Shown: piece after piece, positions 62,995 through 64,000 of the stretch
Numbering within the stretch: position 1 is the stretch's first letter
Layout of the letters: every line of letters starts with the position of its first letter
Assembly (NCBI GenBank): GCA_964016885.1
Contig: OZ024742.1
Span: 333,002,001-333,066,000 of the forward strand
Source: Eledone cirrhosa
Taxonomy: Eukaryota
Direction of reading: 5' to 3'
DNA: 64,000 nucleotides
Translations under genes and position numbers: made by a program
Notes under the pieces: model-generated
What the model was told of the DNA's origin: nothing
The model's database searches: none
What the model saw: only the letters and a program-made list of their open reading frames with translations

Positions 62995-64000
62995 TGTATA
63001 TGTGTAATTGTGTATGTGTTTGTGTATGTTTGTTGGGGTGTGTGTGTGTATGTGAGTTTGTATGTGTGTTTGAGTGTTTTTGTGTATGTGTGTGTGTGAT
63101 GGTTAGTATTTGAACAAATATGATCTCGGTTTATGTTATTTTAAAATTAGATGCTTATTTTCGAAGAAAATCATATTTATCTCTGTTCATGTAAGATACC
63201 ATTTTCAAGCGCAGATTTTGCTCTATTGATTTATGCTAATAGTTTTACTTTTTGTTCTTGATTATTTTAGGTTGTCAAATTAAAGTTGGTAATCGCAAAC
63301 ACGAACGATTTTATTGTACGAATTTAAAATTGAAGTTTAAACAGTGGAAATTTCCAATAAAATCAACCAATCATTTGGCCAGGAGACCTTCAGCAAACGT
63401 ACACCTCAGCAGATATTGGGCGTTCTTTCGTTTTAAGTAGACAGCAATCTCCGAAGAGTTATTTCATTTTAGGTTCATTTAAATCTATTACAATAATTTT
63501 CTAGCATATTTTTTTTCATCATTACGAAACATTAATTTCAAGCATTTTCTTTTACAAATAAATCATTCAAGATTCACATACACAAATTCCTGCAGATATA
63601 TGAAAATATATTAAATGATGTCCATGAATGTGGAGATATTTCCTTCTTTCTTTCTTTTTTTTTTTGTTAAAAAATTATTAGGAGTTTACATACACAAATC
63701 TACCAGAGGGCGTTCATTTTCATTATATTATGTACGTCTATTGCTGTCGACATACATTGAAAGTACTTCGAGTTCATATTGTAGATGAGAACCTTGAAAC
63801 GATAAAACTCATGAATGATATTTTACACTTGAGACCGATCAATTGCAGATCATTGTTTAAGCGGACATGTGTAAACAATGGAGAGAGTGCAAAAGAACTT
63901 AACGTTAATCATTGAAATGATCAACATTTGTACCACAAATAAAAGAAACTCAACAAATGTGTGCCACATGGGCTGTACGGAAAATGAAATACGTTGCTGC

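Overview
Eukaryotic, extremely AT-rich, gene-poor window, most likely cephalopod (inferred from several copies of a tRNA-derived SINE that I recognise as the common Octopus SINE and from kilobase (TA)n tracts). I found no host gene I can support; nearly all Ile/Tyr-rich ORFs are microsatellite artefacts. The informative sequence consists of islands embedded in degenerate (TA)n. They include a near-intact full-length Penelope-like element (PLE; RT + C-terminal GIY-YIG, Nematis-like, 30043-38050), further PLE copies and fragments resembling the Nematis, Neptune, Naiad and Penelope/Poseidon groups, a 5'-truncated CR1-group LINE with an open RT frame, an RTE fragment and a Gypsy-like LTR with PBS. 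The main observation is that most short non-coding islands between the TA tracts carry a type I hammerhead ribozyme (HHR) motif: more than 25 motifs in about 14 sequence families. Most share one architecture, with two copies of the element's 3' end pointing outward into (TA)n and family-specific fixed end points. Two islands are tandem arrays with one HHR per monomer (557 bp and 432 bp), i.e. retrozyme-like. All assignments were made by eye, without alignment or folding software.
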